Source: an uncultured Serinicoccus sp. (GTDB lineage Bacteria > Actinomycetota > Actinomycetes > Actinomycetales > Dermatophilaceae). From it: a stretch of 64,000 nucleotides of DNA. The notes under the pieces are model-generated. The model was not told where the DNA came from. It saw only the letters and a program-made list of their open reading frames with translations, and did no database searches. Within the stretch, counting starts at the first letter, position 1. Each line of letters starts with the position of its first letter. Below, one piece after another: positions 19,181 through 29,125 of this stretch. Location: NCBI RefSeq assembly GCF_947500995.1, contig NZ_CANMUA010000012.1, positions 1,300 through 65,299 on the forward strand, given 5' to 3'. A program made the position numbers and the translations under genes.

Positions 19181-20448
19181 AGTCCCACCCTCTCCAGGTA
19201 GTCGTTGCGCAGCGCACCGCGCGGGTCCAGGCGTGCCGCCAGCTCGAGCATCCGGCCCCGCTGCGGGTAGAGATCCTCCAGGCGCCCCGCCAGGGCGCGC
19301 TCGTCGAAGAGCTTGCCCCAGTGCGGCCTCGCCCCGAGCGGGTCGAGCCCGTCCTCGATCCGGGGCAGGAGCGCCTCGACGGCGGGCTGGACCCGTCGCC
19401 AGGTGACGTGGAAGGCGATGCTGTCCTCCTGCGCGGGGTCGAGCCACTGCCGCCCGCGGGACACGGTGCGCATCTCCGCGCTCAGGGCCAGCTCGGCGAG
19501 CTGGCCCGCCATCCCCCGCAGCAGGTCGAGGGCCGGGCCGACCGACGCGCGCGACAGCAGCCACTCGGACTGCAGCTCCTCGCCGGCCGAGGGGGTGAAC
19601 CCCAGACGGAAGTGCGGCAGCCGGTCCAGCCAGGCCCCGGGCACACCACCCTGCTGCGTGCAGTGCTCGGGCCGCCCGCCCCGGATCATGTGCCGCGGGC
19701 CGTCCGCCGGCCGCAGCCCGAGGCCGTCGACGCCCGGGGCGCCGGACCCGGTCCGGGGCCCGTCCACCCGGTCCTTCACCCAGACCTGGGTCGTCCGGTC
19801 CGGGTCCCGCCAGTCGGTGAAGACCGAGACGCTGGTGCCCAGCCCGGTGACGGCGTCGAGGTCCTCCACCACCTGGTCCCAGGTCAGGCCCTCGTAGACC
19901 GTCTGCGCCACGTCGTAGGTCGGCTCGACCTCCAGCTCGACCACGGTGACGGCGCCGAGCATCCCCAGCGACACCACGGCGCCACCGAAGTCCGCGCCCC
20001 CCCTCTCCAGCCGCACGTGCTCGCCCTCGGTGGTGACCATCTCGACGGCGGCGACGCCCTCGGCCAGCGACGCCGCGCCGTCGCCCGAGCCGTGGGACCC
20101 GGTCGCCACCGCTCCCCCGACGGTGATGTGCGGCAGCGAGGCCATGGCGTGCAGCGCCCACCCCTGCTCCTGGATCCAGGCCCCCACCTCGCCGTAGGTC
20201 AGGCCCGCCCCGGCGCGTACGACACGTCGGTCGCCGTCGAGCTCCAGCTCGGTGGGCAGCCGGCGCAGGCCGACCAGGGTGCCCGTCGTGTCGGCGATCC
20301 GGTTGAACGAGTGCCGCGAGCCGAGGACCCGGACGCGCCGCGCCCCGGCCATGACCTCGGCCAGCTGACCGGTGCTGGTGGGCTCGACCAGCTCCTGGGC
20401 CGAGTAGGCGAGGTTGCCGGCCCAGGTCCGTCCCGGTGCTGGTGCCAT
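19177..20448 (-). CDS. FAD-linked alditol oxidase-like oxidoreductase (AldO / GULO family)
   Basis: The protein is colinear with Streptomyces coelicolor alditol oxidase: WAGN..Y.A.EL..P, VRVLGS.HSFN.IA, MASLPHI.VGG.VATG.HGSG, FTDWR, HFR..FTPS.G.ELQSE, RPHWGK.F. Confidence 0.85.
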
Positions 20449-20457
20449 CCGCTCAGC

Positions 20458-22650
20458 CTACGCCCGGGCCGCGCGCCAGACCTGTCCGTGCTCGGGGTGC
20501 AGGGGCTGCATCGGCAGGCCCACCTCGGCGAGCACCCGGCCGGGCAGCACGACCCCGTCCACCGCCCACGGCACCACCCCGGGGCCCGCGCGCAGCGGCT
20601 CCTGGCCGGGCCGCTCCAGGGTCACCCGGTAGCGCGCGTCCGGGTCGAGGCCGGGCAGCCGCACCCGGTGCGGACCGGTGGTGGCGGGCCGGGCCAGGGC
20701 GGCGATCTGGTAGAGCGCCTCGGACCGGTCCTGCGCCACCGTCCCGTGGACCCAGGTCACCTCGTCGTGGTGGTCGCCGTTGACGACCTCACCGGTATGC
20801 AGCAGCTCGCGGTGGGCGCGGTGGAAGGCCACCCACGCCGCCAGCTCGGCGAGCTCGGCCTCGGTGCAGGTGGCCAGGTCCCACTCGATCCCCAGGTGGC
20901 CCCACAGCGCCGTCCCGGCGCGGAAGTCCAGGTCGTGGCGGCGGCCGGTGGTGTGCGAGCGGCCCGAGGCGATGTGCGTGCCGACGAGCTCGGGTGGCAG
21001 CAGGAGCATGGTGCCGCGCTGGATCTGCTGCCGCTCCAGCGGGTCGATGCAGTCCGAGGCCCACACCCGCACGGTCCGCTCCAGGATCCCCAGGTCGACG
21101 CGACCGCCGCCGGCCGAGCAGGACTCGATCTCCAGGCCGGGGTGGGCGGCCAGCAGCTCGTCCATGAGCCGGTAGACCGCGAGCGTGTGCTCCCGCACCC
21201 CCGGCTCGCCGCCCGGGGTGTGGCCGGCGTCGTTGAGGTAGCGGTTGTGGTCCCACTTGAGGTAGGCGATGTCGTAGCGGTCCAGGAGCGCCCGCAGCTG
21301 GTCGCGCACGTGGGCGTAGGCGCCGTCGTGGCCGAGGTCCAGCACGTGCTGCTGGCGCGACTCCAGACCGCGACGGCCCCCGGCGGAGAAGATCCACTCC
21401 GGGTGCTCCCGCGCCAGGTCGGAGTCCAGGCTCACCATCTCCGGCTCCACCCAGAGGCCGAACTCCATCCCGGCGCCGTGCACGTGCTCGATCAGCGGGT
21501 CCAGCCCGTCCGGCCACACGTCCGGCGAGACCACCCAGTCGCCCAGGCTGCTCGTGTCGTCCCGGCGCCCGCCGAACCACCCGTCGTCGAGCACGAACCG
21601 CTCGGCCCCCACCCGCGCACCCCGGTCCACGAGGTCCTTCAGCCGGTCCAGGTCGTGGTCGAAGTAGGTCGCCTCCCAGTTGTTCAGGGTCACCGGGCGG
21701 GGCCGGTCGGGGTGGTGCGGCCGGCCGCGCAGCCAGGCGTGGAAGCGCCCGGCGACCTCGTCCAGCCCGGTGCCGTGCGCGGCGTACAGCCACGGGGTGG
21801 TCAGCTCCCCGCCCGCGCCCAGGCGCACCTCGCCATGCTCGAGCCGCTCCCCCGACCCCAGGACGCGCGAGCCGTTGAAGAGCCGCTCGGCGTAGGTGGT
21901 CTGGTTGCCGCTCCATCCCAGGTGCACCGCCCAGGCCTGGCCGTGCCCGAAGCCGAAGCCGGGCTCCCCCGCGCACAGCAGATGTACCGCGTCCAGGCCG
22001 GTGCGCCCGGTGCGCACCTCCCGGCTGTGCACGCCGACGGCGAACGGCTGGCGCTGCGGCACCCGCTCCATCGTGTGGCGTCCGGCGAAGTCCAGCAGCT
22101 CCCCGGCCCGCTCCGGCACCGGCAGCGCGACGCGGACGGCACCCACGTCATACGTCTCCTCGCCGGTGTTGGTGAGCGTGGCCCGGGTGCGCAGCAGCCC
22201 GCCCGGGTGCAGCTCGAGCTCGAGGACGACGGCGAGGTATGCCGTGTCGTCCGTCCCGCGGACCCGGACCCGCTGGGTGCCGTCCGCGGCCGAGGAGACC
22301 TCGGCGGGCCCCTCCGTGCGGAAGGCGGGCGACCAGTCCCGTCCCTCGCGCGACCCCTCGACTCCGGGACGGCCGAGCCAGGCCCGCGCGTGCTCGGGCA
22401 GCAGGCTCACCTGGTCGGCGAGGTCGAAGGGGCTGTCACCGCGGGCGACGCGCCCGGCCGTGGTGACCGCCTCCAGGTCCTGCTCGTCCAGGTCGCCGAG
22501 GTCGGCGCCCCAGTGGCGGACCACCGGGAGCAGGTCGTCGGCGAGGTCGAGGACGAGGGAGGTGCCGGCGGCGCGCAGGTGCAGCAACGAGGTCACCGCC
22601 CCACCCCACTGCACCGGGGCCGCCGGTGTCCAGTCGAAGGGTGGACCCAA
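20458..22650 (-). CDS. alpha-galactosidase, glycoside hydrolase family 36
   Basis: GH36 hallmarks are present: FVLDDGWFGGRRDD, IAYLKWDHNR and SCSAGGGRVD. The ORF begins with TTG 22650; GTG 22596 (VTSLLHLRAAG) is an equally plausible start. Confidence 0.9.
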   Translation of the reverse strand: MGPPFDWTPAAPVQWGGAVTSLLHLRAAGTSLVLDLADDLLPVVRHWGADLGDLDEQDLEAVTTAGRVARGDSPFDLADQVSLLPEHARAWLGRPGVEGSREGRDWSPAFRTEGPAEVSSAADGTQRVRVRGTDDTAYLAVVLELELHPGGLLRTRATLTNTGEETYDVGAVRVALPVPERAGELLDFAGRHTMERVPQRQPFAVGVHSREVRTGRTGLDAVHLLCAGEPGFGFGHGQAWAVHLGWSGNQTTYAERLFNGSRVLGSGERLEHGEVRLGAGGELTTPWLYAAHGTGLDEVAGRFHAWLRGRPHHPDRPRPVTLNNWEATYFDHDLDRLKDLVDRGARVGAERFVLDDGWFGGRRDDTSSLGDWVVSPDVWPDGLDPLIEHVHGAGMEFGLWVEPEMVSLDSDLAREHPEWIFSAGGRRGLESRQQHVLDLGHDGAYAHVRDQLRALLDRYDIAYLKWDHNRYLNDAGHTPGGEPGVREHTLAVYRLMDELLAAHPGLEIESCSAGGGRVDLGILERTVRVWASDCIDPLERQQIQRGTMLLLPPELVGTHIASGRSHTTGRRHDLDFRAGTALWGHLGIEWDLATCTEAELAELAAWVAFHRAHRELLHTGEVVNGDHHDEVTWVHGTVAQDRSEALYQIAALARPATTGPHRVRLPGLDPDARYRVTLERPGQEPLRAGPGVVPWAVDGVVLPGRVLAEVGLPMQPLHPEHGQVWRAARA

Positions 22651-22702
22651 CGTTCATGTCTCGTCCACCCGGTCGCAACGTCGCCTCGTTAGCGTCGCTG
22701 CG

Positions 22703-22906
22703 GTGGCCAAGGAGCTGGAGTTCATCAAGGGCGTCGACAAGCTGCACGCGTTCTACACCGAGCACGTGCGGATGCTGGCCCACGCCTACGACCTCAGCGA
22801 CGAGGACGCCGCCCGGATCCTCGACCGCTTCGACTTCAAGAACGTCTCGCGGTCCATCCTGGCGCCGGCGCGGGTGGACCTCTTCGAGGCACCTCCCGAG
22901 CTCTGA
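22703..22906 (+). CDS. small hypothetical protein (67 aa)
   Basis: It runs from GTG 22703 to TGA. The third-position G/C bias is strong (AKELEFIKGVDKLHAFYTEHVRMLAHAYDLSDEDAARILDRF...). It is divergent from the alpha-galactosidase operon. There is no SD and no recognised family. Confidence 0.4.
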   Translation: MAKELEFIKGVDKLHAFYTEHVRMLAHAYDLSDEDAARILDRFDFKNVSRSILAPARVDLFEAPPEL

Positions 22907-22931
22907 GCCGGCCCCCGACCGGCCGACCCCG

Positions 22932-23192
22932 CTAGCTGCCGGGCCGGTCCAGCCGGACCTCGACGACGCTCTCCGTCGGCGCCGTCAGCCGCGCCTGAGC
23001 GCTCGCGTCGTCGCCGTGGACGGCCACGACATACTCCCCGGGGGTCGGCAGGTCCAGCTCGAAGGTGCCGTCCTGGCCGGTGAGCAGGGCGACGTCGGGC
23101 ACCGGGACGGGCCCCGCCTCCAGCGCCACCCGGGCGCCGGGGACGGGGCCGCCGACGGCGTCGAGCACGACGCCACGGATCCGTAGGGTCAT
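22932..23192 (-). CDS. carboxypeptidase-regulatory-like (Ig-like beta-sandwich) domain protein, 86 aa
   Basis: MTLRIRGVVLDAVGGPVPGARVALE......TGQDGTFELDLPTPGEYVVAV fits the CarboxypepD_reg pattern. ATG 23192 lies 8 nt after the stop of the upstream protease gene. Confidence 0.55.
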   Translation of the reverse strand: MTLRIRGVVLDAVGGPVPGARVALEAGPVPVPDVALLTGQDGTFELDLPTPGEYVVAVHGDDASAQARLTAPTESVVEVRLDRPGS

Positions 23193-23200
23193 CCGGCCGG

Positions 23201-24130
23201 TCAGCCCTTCCAGAGCTTGAGGTTGTCGAACACGGGCTTGTTGATGCGCGTGCCGCTGTTGCTCCCGGACCCACCGTAGGCGTGGATCGCCACGGCGTAG
23301 CGGCCACCCTCGTGGAAGACGTAGACCCCGCTGCCGCTCTGGCCGCCGGCCGTGTCCAGGGTGTAGTACACCTTGCGCGCGCTCAGCGCGGCGACGCCGC
23401 TCCAGTGGTACCACTGGGTGCCGGAGGGCTTGTCGCCCGGGTAGCCGGACAGGTTGAGGCTCTTGGCGTTCAGCGTGGCGTCCGACCAGTTGGCGAAGCC
23501 CAGCCAGCCGGTGGCGTTGCCCTTCGGCTCGGTGAGCAGCAGCGCCCCGTAGTCGAACTCGTGGTCCGGGCCGGTGGTCCAGCCGTGGACGCTGCGCAGC
23601 TGGGCACGGGGCACGAGGAAACGGCCGTAGGGCAGGCTCGCGCCGTTGCGCCCGGGCATGACCTCGATGCTGCGCACCCACCCGTGCCGCTGGGTGCCCG
23701 GGGCGTGGATGAACACGCAGTGCCCGGCCGTGATGATGCTGCTCGGGCCGTTGAACCACCCGGTGCCGATCCACTGGGAACCGTCGTTGGCGGTGATGAG
23801 CAGCGAGCAGTGGACGCGCCACGGGTAGCTGCCGGTGGCGGTGATCTGGACCCGGTTGTCCGGGCCCTGGACGGTCTCCGCGTCGATCGGGGGGCCGTAG
23901 GTGGCCTCTCCGACCGGTCGCAGGCCCGACGTGTCAGGGGCCTGCTCCACCGCGTCGAGCGCCTGGGCCATGACGGCCGCGACCGGCTCGATGTCCAGCC
24001 CGGCAGCAGCCTCCTCGGGCGCACCGTCACCGGCCCCCGGGTCCTCGGTGAGCTCCTCGGTGCCGACTTCGTCGACCGGTTCGGCCTCCGGGGCGACCGG
24101 CTCGTGCGGGTTGATGTCGTCGTGTGACAT
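23201..24130 (-). CDS. V8/glutamyl-endopeptidase-like serine protease (S1B), no obvious signal peptide, 309 aa
   Basis: The catalytic motifs are ITAGHCV (His), FDYGALLL (Asp) and DTAGGQSGSGV (Ser). ATG 24130 is preceded by GAGGAGGAGAAG. The first 80 or so residues are acidic and Pro/Ala-rich, with no hydrophobic core. Confidence 0.8.
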   Translation of the reverse strand: MSHDDINPHEPVAPEAEPVDEVGTEELTEDPGAGDGAPEEAAAGLDIEPVAAVMAQALDAVEQAPDTSGLRPVGEATYGPPIDAETVQGPDNRVQITATGSYPWRVHCSLLITANDGSQWIGTGWFNGPSSIITAGHCVFIHAPGTQRHGWVRSIEVMPGRNGASLPYGRFLVPRAQLRSVHGWTTGPDHEFDYGALLLTEPKGNATGWLGFANWSDATLNAKSLNLSGYPGDKPSGTQWYHWSGVAALSARKVYYTLDTAGGQSGSGVYVFHEGGRYAVAIHAYGGSGSNSGTRINKPVFDNLKLWKG

Positions 24131-24253
24131 GGGTTCTTCTCCTCCTCGGGCGCACCGGCCCCTGCGCCGGTGCATGATGAGAGGAGTCGGGTGGGCGCCG
24201 TCAGATACCCGGCGTCGCGGGCGAGGAGGCCCCGCAGGGCCGGGGCTCGCGTC

Positions 24254-25168
24254 TCAGAGGTGTGGCTGCACGAGCTCGACGTAGCGCCGGGCCATCGTCG
24301 CGACGACGTCCGCCCCCGGGGCGGCCCAGACGTCGGCGTGGAAGATCTCCACCTCGACGTCGCCCTGGTAGCCGGCGTCCGCGACCCAGCGGGTGAAGGC
24401 GGGGAAGTCGATGTGGCCGTCGCCCATCATCCCGCGGCTGAGCAGCGCGTCCGCGGGGAACGGCGTGATCCAGTCGCACACCTGGTAGCTGACGATGCGG
24501 CTGCCGGCGCGGGCGACCTGCTGCTCGACCCCGGGCTCCCACCACAGGTGGAAGGTGTCGACCACGACACCCACCGTCTCGGGGTCGAAGTGCTCGGCGA
24601 TGTCGAGGGCCTGGCCCAGCGTGGACACCACGCCCCGGTCGGCGGCGAAGATGGGGTGCATCGGCTCGATGCCGAGCCGCACGCCGTGCTCGGCCGCCAC
24701 GGGCTGCAGCGCGCCGATGGCCTCGGTGGCCCGCGCCCTGGCTCCGGGCAGGTCCTTGTCGCCGTCGGGCAGGCCACCGGGGACGAGCACCAGGGTCGCC
24801 GCACTAAGCGCGGCGGTCTCCCGGACGGCCTCCACGTTGGCCTCGTGGGCGGCGGCGACCGCCTCGGGGTCGGCGCCGGTGAAGAAGCCGCCACGGCAGA
24901 CCGAGGAGACACGCAGACCCGCGTCCCGGACCCAGCGGACGGCCGTCTCCAGACCGACCTCGGCCACCGGCTCGCGCCAGACACCGATCGAGGGCAGCCC
25001 GGCGGCCAGGCACCCGTCGATCGCCTCGCGCAGCGACCAGCCGGCGCAGGTGCGCTGGTTGAGCGAGAGCCGGGCCAGCCGGGGGTCGCCCGGCTCCGGG
25101 GTCGGCACCGAGGCCGGGCGCCCCGACGGCACGTCGAGCGGGACGGTCCCCGCCTGCGCCACGGTCAC
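24254..25168 (-). CDS. sugar phosphate isomerase/epimerase (xylose-isomerase-like TIM barrel), 304 aa
   Basis: LSLNQRT...WSLREAIDGCLAAGLPSIGVW, VRLGIEPMHP, VGVVVDTFHLWWEP and GDGHIDFPAF are typical of the AP_endonuc_2/TIM barrel family. GTG 25168 overlaps the upstream TGA (GTGA). Confidence 0.85.
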   Translation of the reverse strand: MTVAQAGTVPLDVPSGRPASVPTPEPGDPRLARLSLNQRTCAGWSLREAIDGCLAAGLPSIGVWREPVAEVGLETAVRWVRDAGLRVSSVCRGGFFTGADPEAVAAAHEANVEAVRETAALSAATLVLVPGGLPDGDKDLPGARARATEAIGALQPVAAEHGVRLGIEPMHPIFAADRGVVSTLGQALDIAEHFDPETVGVVVDTFHLWWEPGVEQQVARAGSRIVSYQVCDWITPFPADALLSRGMMGDGHIDFPAFTRWVADAGYQGDVEVEIFHADVWAAPGADVVATMARRYVELVQPHL

Positions 25169-26364
25169 GGCGTCAGCCCCGCGCCGGCGAGCCACGTCCG
25201 CATCCGCTGCGCCGCCAGGTCGGGGTCCGGGAACAGCTGCGCCTCGTCGGCCAGCTCGAAGAGGGTGGCCAGGTGCACCGCGCTGCGCGCCGACTGCAGA
25301 CCACCCACCATGACGAAGCCGGGCTGCTGCCCGGTCAGCCAGGAGAGGAAGGCGATGCCGGTCTTGTAGTGGAAGGTGGGACGCTCGAAGATGTGCCGGG
25401 ACAGCGCGAGCGTCGGCGCCATCTCCCGGTCGTAGGTCTCGAGGTCCCCCTCGTCGAGCGCCGCCAGGGCCGCTGAGGCCGCGGGAGCGATGGCGGCGAA
25501 GGCTCCCAGGAGGGCGTCGGAGTGGTGCGTGCCGTCCCCCCTGATGAGCTCGGGGTAGTTGAAGTCGTCCCCGGTGTAGAGGCGAACGCCCTCGGGCAGG
25601 GCCGCCCGCAGCCCGACCTCGTGCTCGGCCGACAGCAACGACACCTTGACCCCGTCGACCACGTCGGCCCGGTCGTGGACCAGGCGCAGGAACGCCTCCG
25701 TGGCCGCGGGCACCTCGCTGCTCCCCCAGTACCCGGACAGGGCGGGGTCGAACATCTCCCCCAGCCAGTGCAGGATCACCGGCTCCTGCGCACGGTCCAG
25801 CACCGGGTCGAGGACGCTGCGGTAGTCCGTCTCGCCCTCGGCGACCGCCGCGAGCTGCCGCGAGGCCATGACGATGACCTGCGAGCCGGTGCCCTGCACG
25901 AAGTCCACCTGCTCCAGGTAGGCGTCGCGCACCGCCCCCAGGGTCGTCGCGTCCGGGGCGTGGTCGGTCCCGGCGCCGCTGGCGATGCGGGCACCCAGCT
26001 CGGCCGCCTGGGCCGCGCTGCGGGTGACCAGCTCCTGCACCGCCGCCCAGTCCAGCCCCATGTTGCGCTGGGCGGTGTCCATGGCCTCGGCGACGCCGAA
26101 GCCGTACCGGAACAGACCCCGGCGGAAGGCGAGGGTCGACTCCCAGTCGACGCGGGCCGGCGCACCCGGGGTGTTGTCCCCGTAGGGGTCGGCCACGACG
26201 TGGGCCGCCGCGAAGGCGACCCGGCTGGTGTACGGCTGCGGGTGCTCCTGCCACTCCCTCGGGGCGTGCAGGGCGACCTCGCGCCAGCGGCCGTCGGCCC
26301 CGGGCAGCGCGACCGTGCCCGACCCGGTCGTGGTGGGCGCCCGCCGCGCGGTGGCCGTGCTCAC
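25165..26364 (-). CDS. DUF993-family protein (DHDPS/aldolase-like barrel), 399 aa
   Basis: RVAFAAAHVVADPYGDNTPGAPARVDWESTLAFRRGLFRYGFGVAEAMDTAQRNMGLDW and VILHWLGEMFDPALSGYWG are as I remember DUF993 proteins that accompany Gfo/Idh/MocA and TIM-barrel genes. GTG 26364 overlaps the upstream TGA. Confidence 0.65.
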   Translation of the reverse strand: MSTATARRAPTTTGSGTVALPGADGRWREVALHAPREWQEHPQPYTSRVAFAAAHVVADPYGDNTPGAPARVDWESTLAFRRGLFRYGFGVAEAMDTAQRNMGLDWAAVQELVTRSAAQAAELGARIASGAGTDHAPDATTLGAVRDAYLEQVDFVQGTGSQVIVMASRQLAAVAEGETDYRSVLDPVLDRAQEPVILHWLGEMFDPALSGYWGSSEVPAATEAFLRLVHDRADVVDGVKVSLLSAEHEVGLRAALPEGVRLYTGDDFNYPELIRGDGTHHSDALLGAFAAIAPAASAALAALDEGDLETYDREMAPTLALSRHIFERPTFHYKTGIAFLSWLTGQQPGFVMVGGLQSARSAVHLATLFELADEAQLFPDPDLAAQRMRTWLAGAGLTP

Positions 26365-27566
26365 GCCACCGGCTCCGTGGCGCGCAGCTCCTCCATCGAC
26401 GCCTGGTCCGCAGGAGGCGTCGCGACCTCGCCCATGTCGACGCTGCGCCGCTCGGACGACGACCGCAGCCCCGCCTCGACCAGCTGGAGCCCGCGCACCC
26501 CCGCGGCGAAGTCGTAGGCGTGCGGCCGGCCGGCGTGCACGTCCATGAGGAACTGCTCCCACTGCGCCCGGAACCCGTTGCCGAACTCGGTGTTGTCGGG
26601 GATCTGGGCCCACTGCGCCCGGAAGTCCTCCTCGGTCGGCAGGTCGGGGTTCCACACGGGCTTCGGGGTGCTGACGGCGGGCTGGATGCGGCAGCCGAAC
26701 AGGCCGGCCACGGCTGAGCCGCGGGTGCCGTCCACCTGGAACTCGACGAGCTCGCCGCGGTCGACGCGCACCGCCCAGGAGGAGTTGACCTGGGCGATGA
26801 CCCCGCCCTCCAGCTCGAAGATCGCGTATGCCGCGTCGTCCGCGGTCGCGGTGTACTCCCGGCCCTGCTCGTCCCACCGGGTCGGGATGTGGGTGACCGC
26901 GCGGGCGGTGACGGACTCCACGGCGCCGAAGAGGTTCTCCAGCACGTAGTTCCAGTGGCAGAACATGTCGAGGACCATCCCGCCGCCGTCCTCGGCGCGG
27001 TAGTTCCAGCTGGGTCGCTGGGCGGGCTGCACGTCGCCCTCGAAGACCCAGTAGCCGAACTCGCCGCGGACCGACAGGATCGTCCCGAAGAAGCCGGAGT
27101 CGATGAGCCGCTTGAGCTTGACGAGGCCGGGCAGGTACAGCTTGTCGTGGACCACGCCGTTGATGACGCCCGAGGCTGCGGCGGCGTCCACCATCTCCTG
27201 ACCGTCCGCGACCGTCTCGGCGATGGGCTTCTCGGTGTAGATGTGCTTGCCCGCGGCGATGGCGCGCAGGATGGCGCCCTTGCGCTCGCTGGTGACCTGG
27301 GCGTCGAAGTAGACGGTGGCGCTCTCGTCGGCGAGCGCCGCGTCGAGGTCGGTCGTCCAGTCCTGGACGTCGTGCTGGCGGGCCAGCTCCTGCAGCTTCT
27401 CGGCGTTGCGTCCGACGAGGACCGGCTCGACCTGGATGCGGTCGCCGGAGGGCAGCTCCACCCCTCCGGCGTCCCGGATGGCCAGGATCGAGCGGACGAG
27501 GTGCTGCCGGTAGCCCATCCGGCCGGTCACGCCGTTCATGATGATGCGGGTGGTGTGGGTGGCCAT
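26361..27566 (-). CDS. Gfo/Idh/MocA-family NAD(P)-dependent oxidoreductase
   Basis: The N-terminal Rossmann motif is IIMNGVTGRMG, followed by GKHIYTEKP and a C-terminal alpha/beta dimerisation domain. ATG 27566 has an AAAGGA RBS. Confidence 0.9.
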   Translation of the reverse strand: MATHTTRIIMNGVTGRMGYRQHLVRSILAIRDAGGVELPSGDRIQVEPVLVGRNAEKLQELARQHDVQDWTTDLDAALADESATVYFDAQVTSERKGAILRAIAAGKHIYTEKPIAETVADGQEMVDAAAASGVINGVVHDKLYLPGLVKLKRLIDSGFFGTILSVRGEFGYWVFEGDVQPAQRPSWNYRAEDGGGMVLDMFCHWNYVLENLFGAVESVTARAVTHIPTRWDEQGREYTATADDAAYAIFELEGGVIAQVNSSWAVRVDRGELVEFQVDGTRGSAVAGLFGCRIQPAVSTPKPVWNPDLPTEEDFRAQWAQIPDNTEFGNGFRAQWEQFLMDVHAGRPHAYDFAAGVRGLQLVEAGLRSSSERRSVDMGEVATPPADQASMEELRATEPVA

Positions 27567-27570
27567 GGTG

Positions 27571-28383
27571 TCAGGTCCTTTCGGGGGCGGGGCTGCTCAG
27601 CTCGGGTGAGCGCGCGCCGGAGGGGTTGGGGTCCTCGGCGGGGTCGGCGCTGCGGGCGCCGCCTCCCCCGAGGTAGAGCTCGGCGAGCTGCGGGTCCTCC
27701 AGCAGCTCGGGGGCGGGGCCGGTGATGTGCACCCGGCCGAGGTCGAGGACGCAGCCGATGTCGGCGGTCTCCAGCGCGCGCCGCGCGTTCTGCTCGACGA
27801 GGAGCACCGCGATCCCGGCCTCCCGCATCCGCACGACCTGCTCGAAGACGACGGAGGTCGTCTTGGGGTCCAGGCCCATGCTCGGCTCGTCGAGGAGCAC
27901 GACCTTGGGGCTGACCATGAGCGAGCGGGCGAACTCGACCTGCTTCTGCTGGCCGCCGGACAGCGCGCCGGCCAGGGCCGCCCACCGGTCGGCGACGACG
28001 GGGAAGAGATTCTTGACGAACTCGATGCGCTCCTGCACCTGGGCCTTGTCCTTGACGGTGTAAGCCCCCAGCGAGACGTTCTCGGCCACCGTCATCTCCT
28101 TGAAGACGCTGTGCCCCTGGAGCACGTGCGAGAGCCCGTGCCGGATCATCGACTGCGGACCGGCCCCGGTGACCTCCTCGCCGTCGACGACGATGGAGCC
28201 CGAGCGCGGCGCCAGCATGCCGCTGGCGACCTTGAGCACGGTGGACTTGCCGGCACCGTTGGGGCCGACGAGGCAGACGACCGAACCGGCCGGCACCTTG
28301 ACCGTCAGCCCGCGCAGCACCAGGGCCGCTCGGCCGTAGCCGGCCTCGATGTCGTTGAGCTCGAGAAGGTGGTCAGACGCCAA
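27571..28383 (-). CDS. ABC transporter ATP-binding protein, LivF-like
   Basis: It has Walker A (GPNGAGKST), the signature LSGGQQ and Walker B (LLDEPS). TTG 28383 is preceded by GGAGG and overlaps the livG-like stop by 11 nt. Confidence 0.9.
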   Translation of the reverse strand: MASDHLLELNDIEAGYGRAALVLRGLTVKVPAGSVVCLVGPNGAGKSTVLKVASGMLAPRSGSIVVDGEEVTGAGPQSMIRHGLSHVLQGHSVFKEMTVAENVSLGAYTVKDKAQVQERIEFVKNLFPVVADRWAALAGALSGGQQKQVEFARSLMVSPKVVLLDEPSMGLDPKTTSVVFEQVVRMREAGIAVLLVEQNARRALETADIGCVLDLGRVHITGPAPELLEDPQLAELYLGGGGARSADPAEDPNPSGARSPELSSPAPERT

Positions 28384-29125
28384 GGTAGGCCTCCAGCACT
28401 CGGGGGTCCTGCTGGACCTCGGACGGCGTGCCCTCCGCGATGGGGGCACCTCGGTCGAACACGACGATGTGGTCGGACAGACTCATCACCATGTCCATGT
28501 TGTGCTCGACGATGATGAAGGTCCGCCCCTCGGCGTTGAGCTCCTTCACCAGGGTGCCGATCCGCCCGATGAGGGCGGGGTTGACCCCGCCCGCCGGCTC
28601 GTCGAGCAGGATGGTGTCGGGCTCGCCCATGAGCACGCCGGCGAGCTCGAGCAGCTTCTGCTGGCCGTAGGAGATGTCCTGGGCCAACGAGCCCTCCAGG
28701 TGGTCGATGCCGACCCGGCGCAGCAGCTCGCGAGCCCGCTCCACCTGGCGGCGGTTCTGGCTCGACCCGACCAGCTGTCCGAGCCCTGTGGGACGGACGG
28801 CGACGAGGAGGTTCTCCAGCACCGTCATCCGGGGGAAGGTGCGGCACAGCTGGAAGCTGCGTCCGATGCCGGCGGCGCAGATGCGGTGCGGCGCCCGCCT
28901 GGTGATGTCCTGGCCCCGGAACCGCACCGTGCCGGAGTCCGGCGCGATCATGCCGGTGACGATGTTGAAGAAGGTCGACTTCCCGGACCCGTTGGGGCCG
29001 ATGAGGGCGTTGACCTTGCCCTCGTGGAAGGTGACCGTGGCGCCGTTCACGGCCTGCACGCCGCCGAACGCCTTGGACAGGCCCTCGGTCTGCAGGCTGG
29101 GGCGCACGTCCTGCTGTACGCTCAT
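28373..29125 (-). CDS. ABC transporter ATP-binding protein, LivG-like
   Basis: It has Walker A (GPNGSGKST), the signature SYGQQK and Walker B (ILLDEPAGG). The ATG overlaps the permease stop (ATGA). Confidence 0.9.
   Translation of the reverse strand: MSVQQDVRPSLQTEGLSKAFGGVQAVNGATVTFHEGKVNALIGPNGSGKSTFFNIVTGMIAPDSGTVRFRGQDITRRAPHRICAAGIGRSFQLCRTFPRMTVLENLLVAVRPTGLGQLVGSSQNRRQVERARELLRRVGIDHLEGSLAQDISYGQQKLLELAGVLMGEPDTILLDEPAGGVNPALIGRIGTLVKELNAEGRTFIIVEHNMDMVMSLSDHIVVFDRGAPIAEGTPSEVQQDPRVLEAYLGV

Noticed and set aside
19321-22692. A 1123-aa plus-strand ORF.
   Set aside because: It is antisense to the alpha-galactosidase and alditol-oxidase genes, which carry unambiguous family motifs. It has no motifs of its own and an Arg/Gly/Pro-rich composition.
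23201-24175. The full 324-aa ORF of the S1B protease starting at ATG 24175 (MHRRRGRCARGGEEP...).
   Set aside because: ATG 24130 is directly preceded by the strong GAGGAGGAGAAG RBS, which would be translated as GGEE in the longer form. The extra 15 residues are Arg-rich and add no signal peptide.
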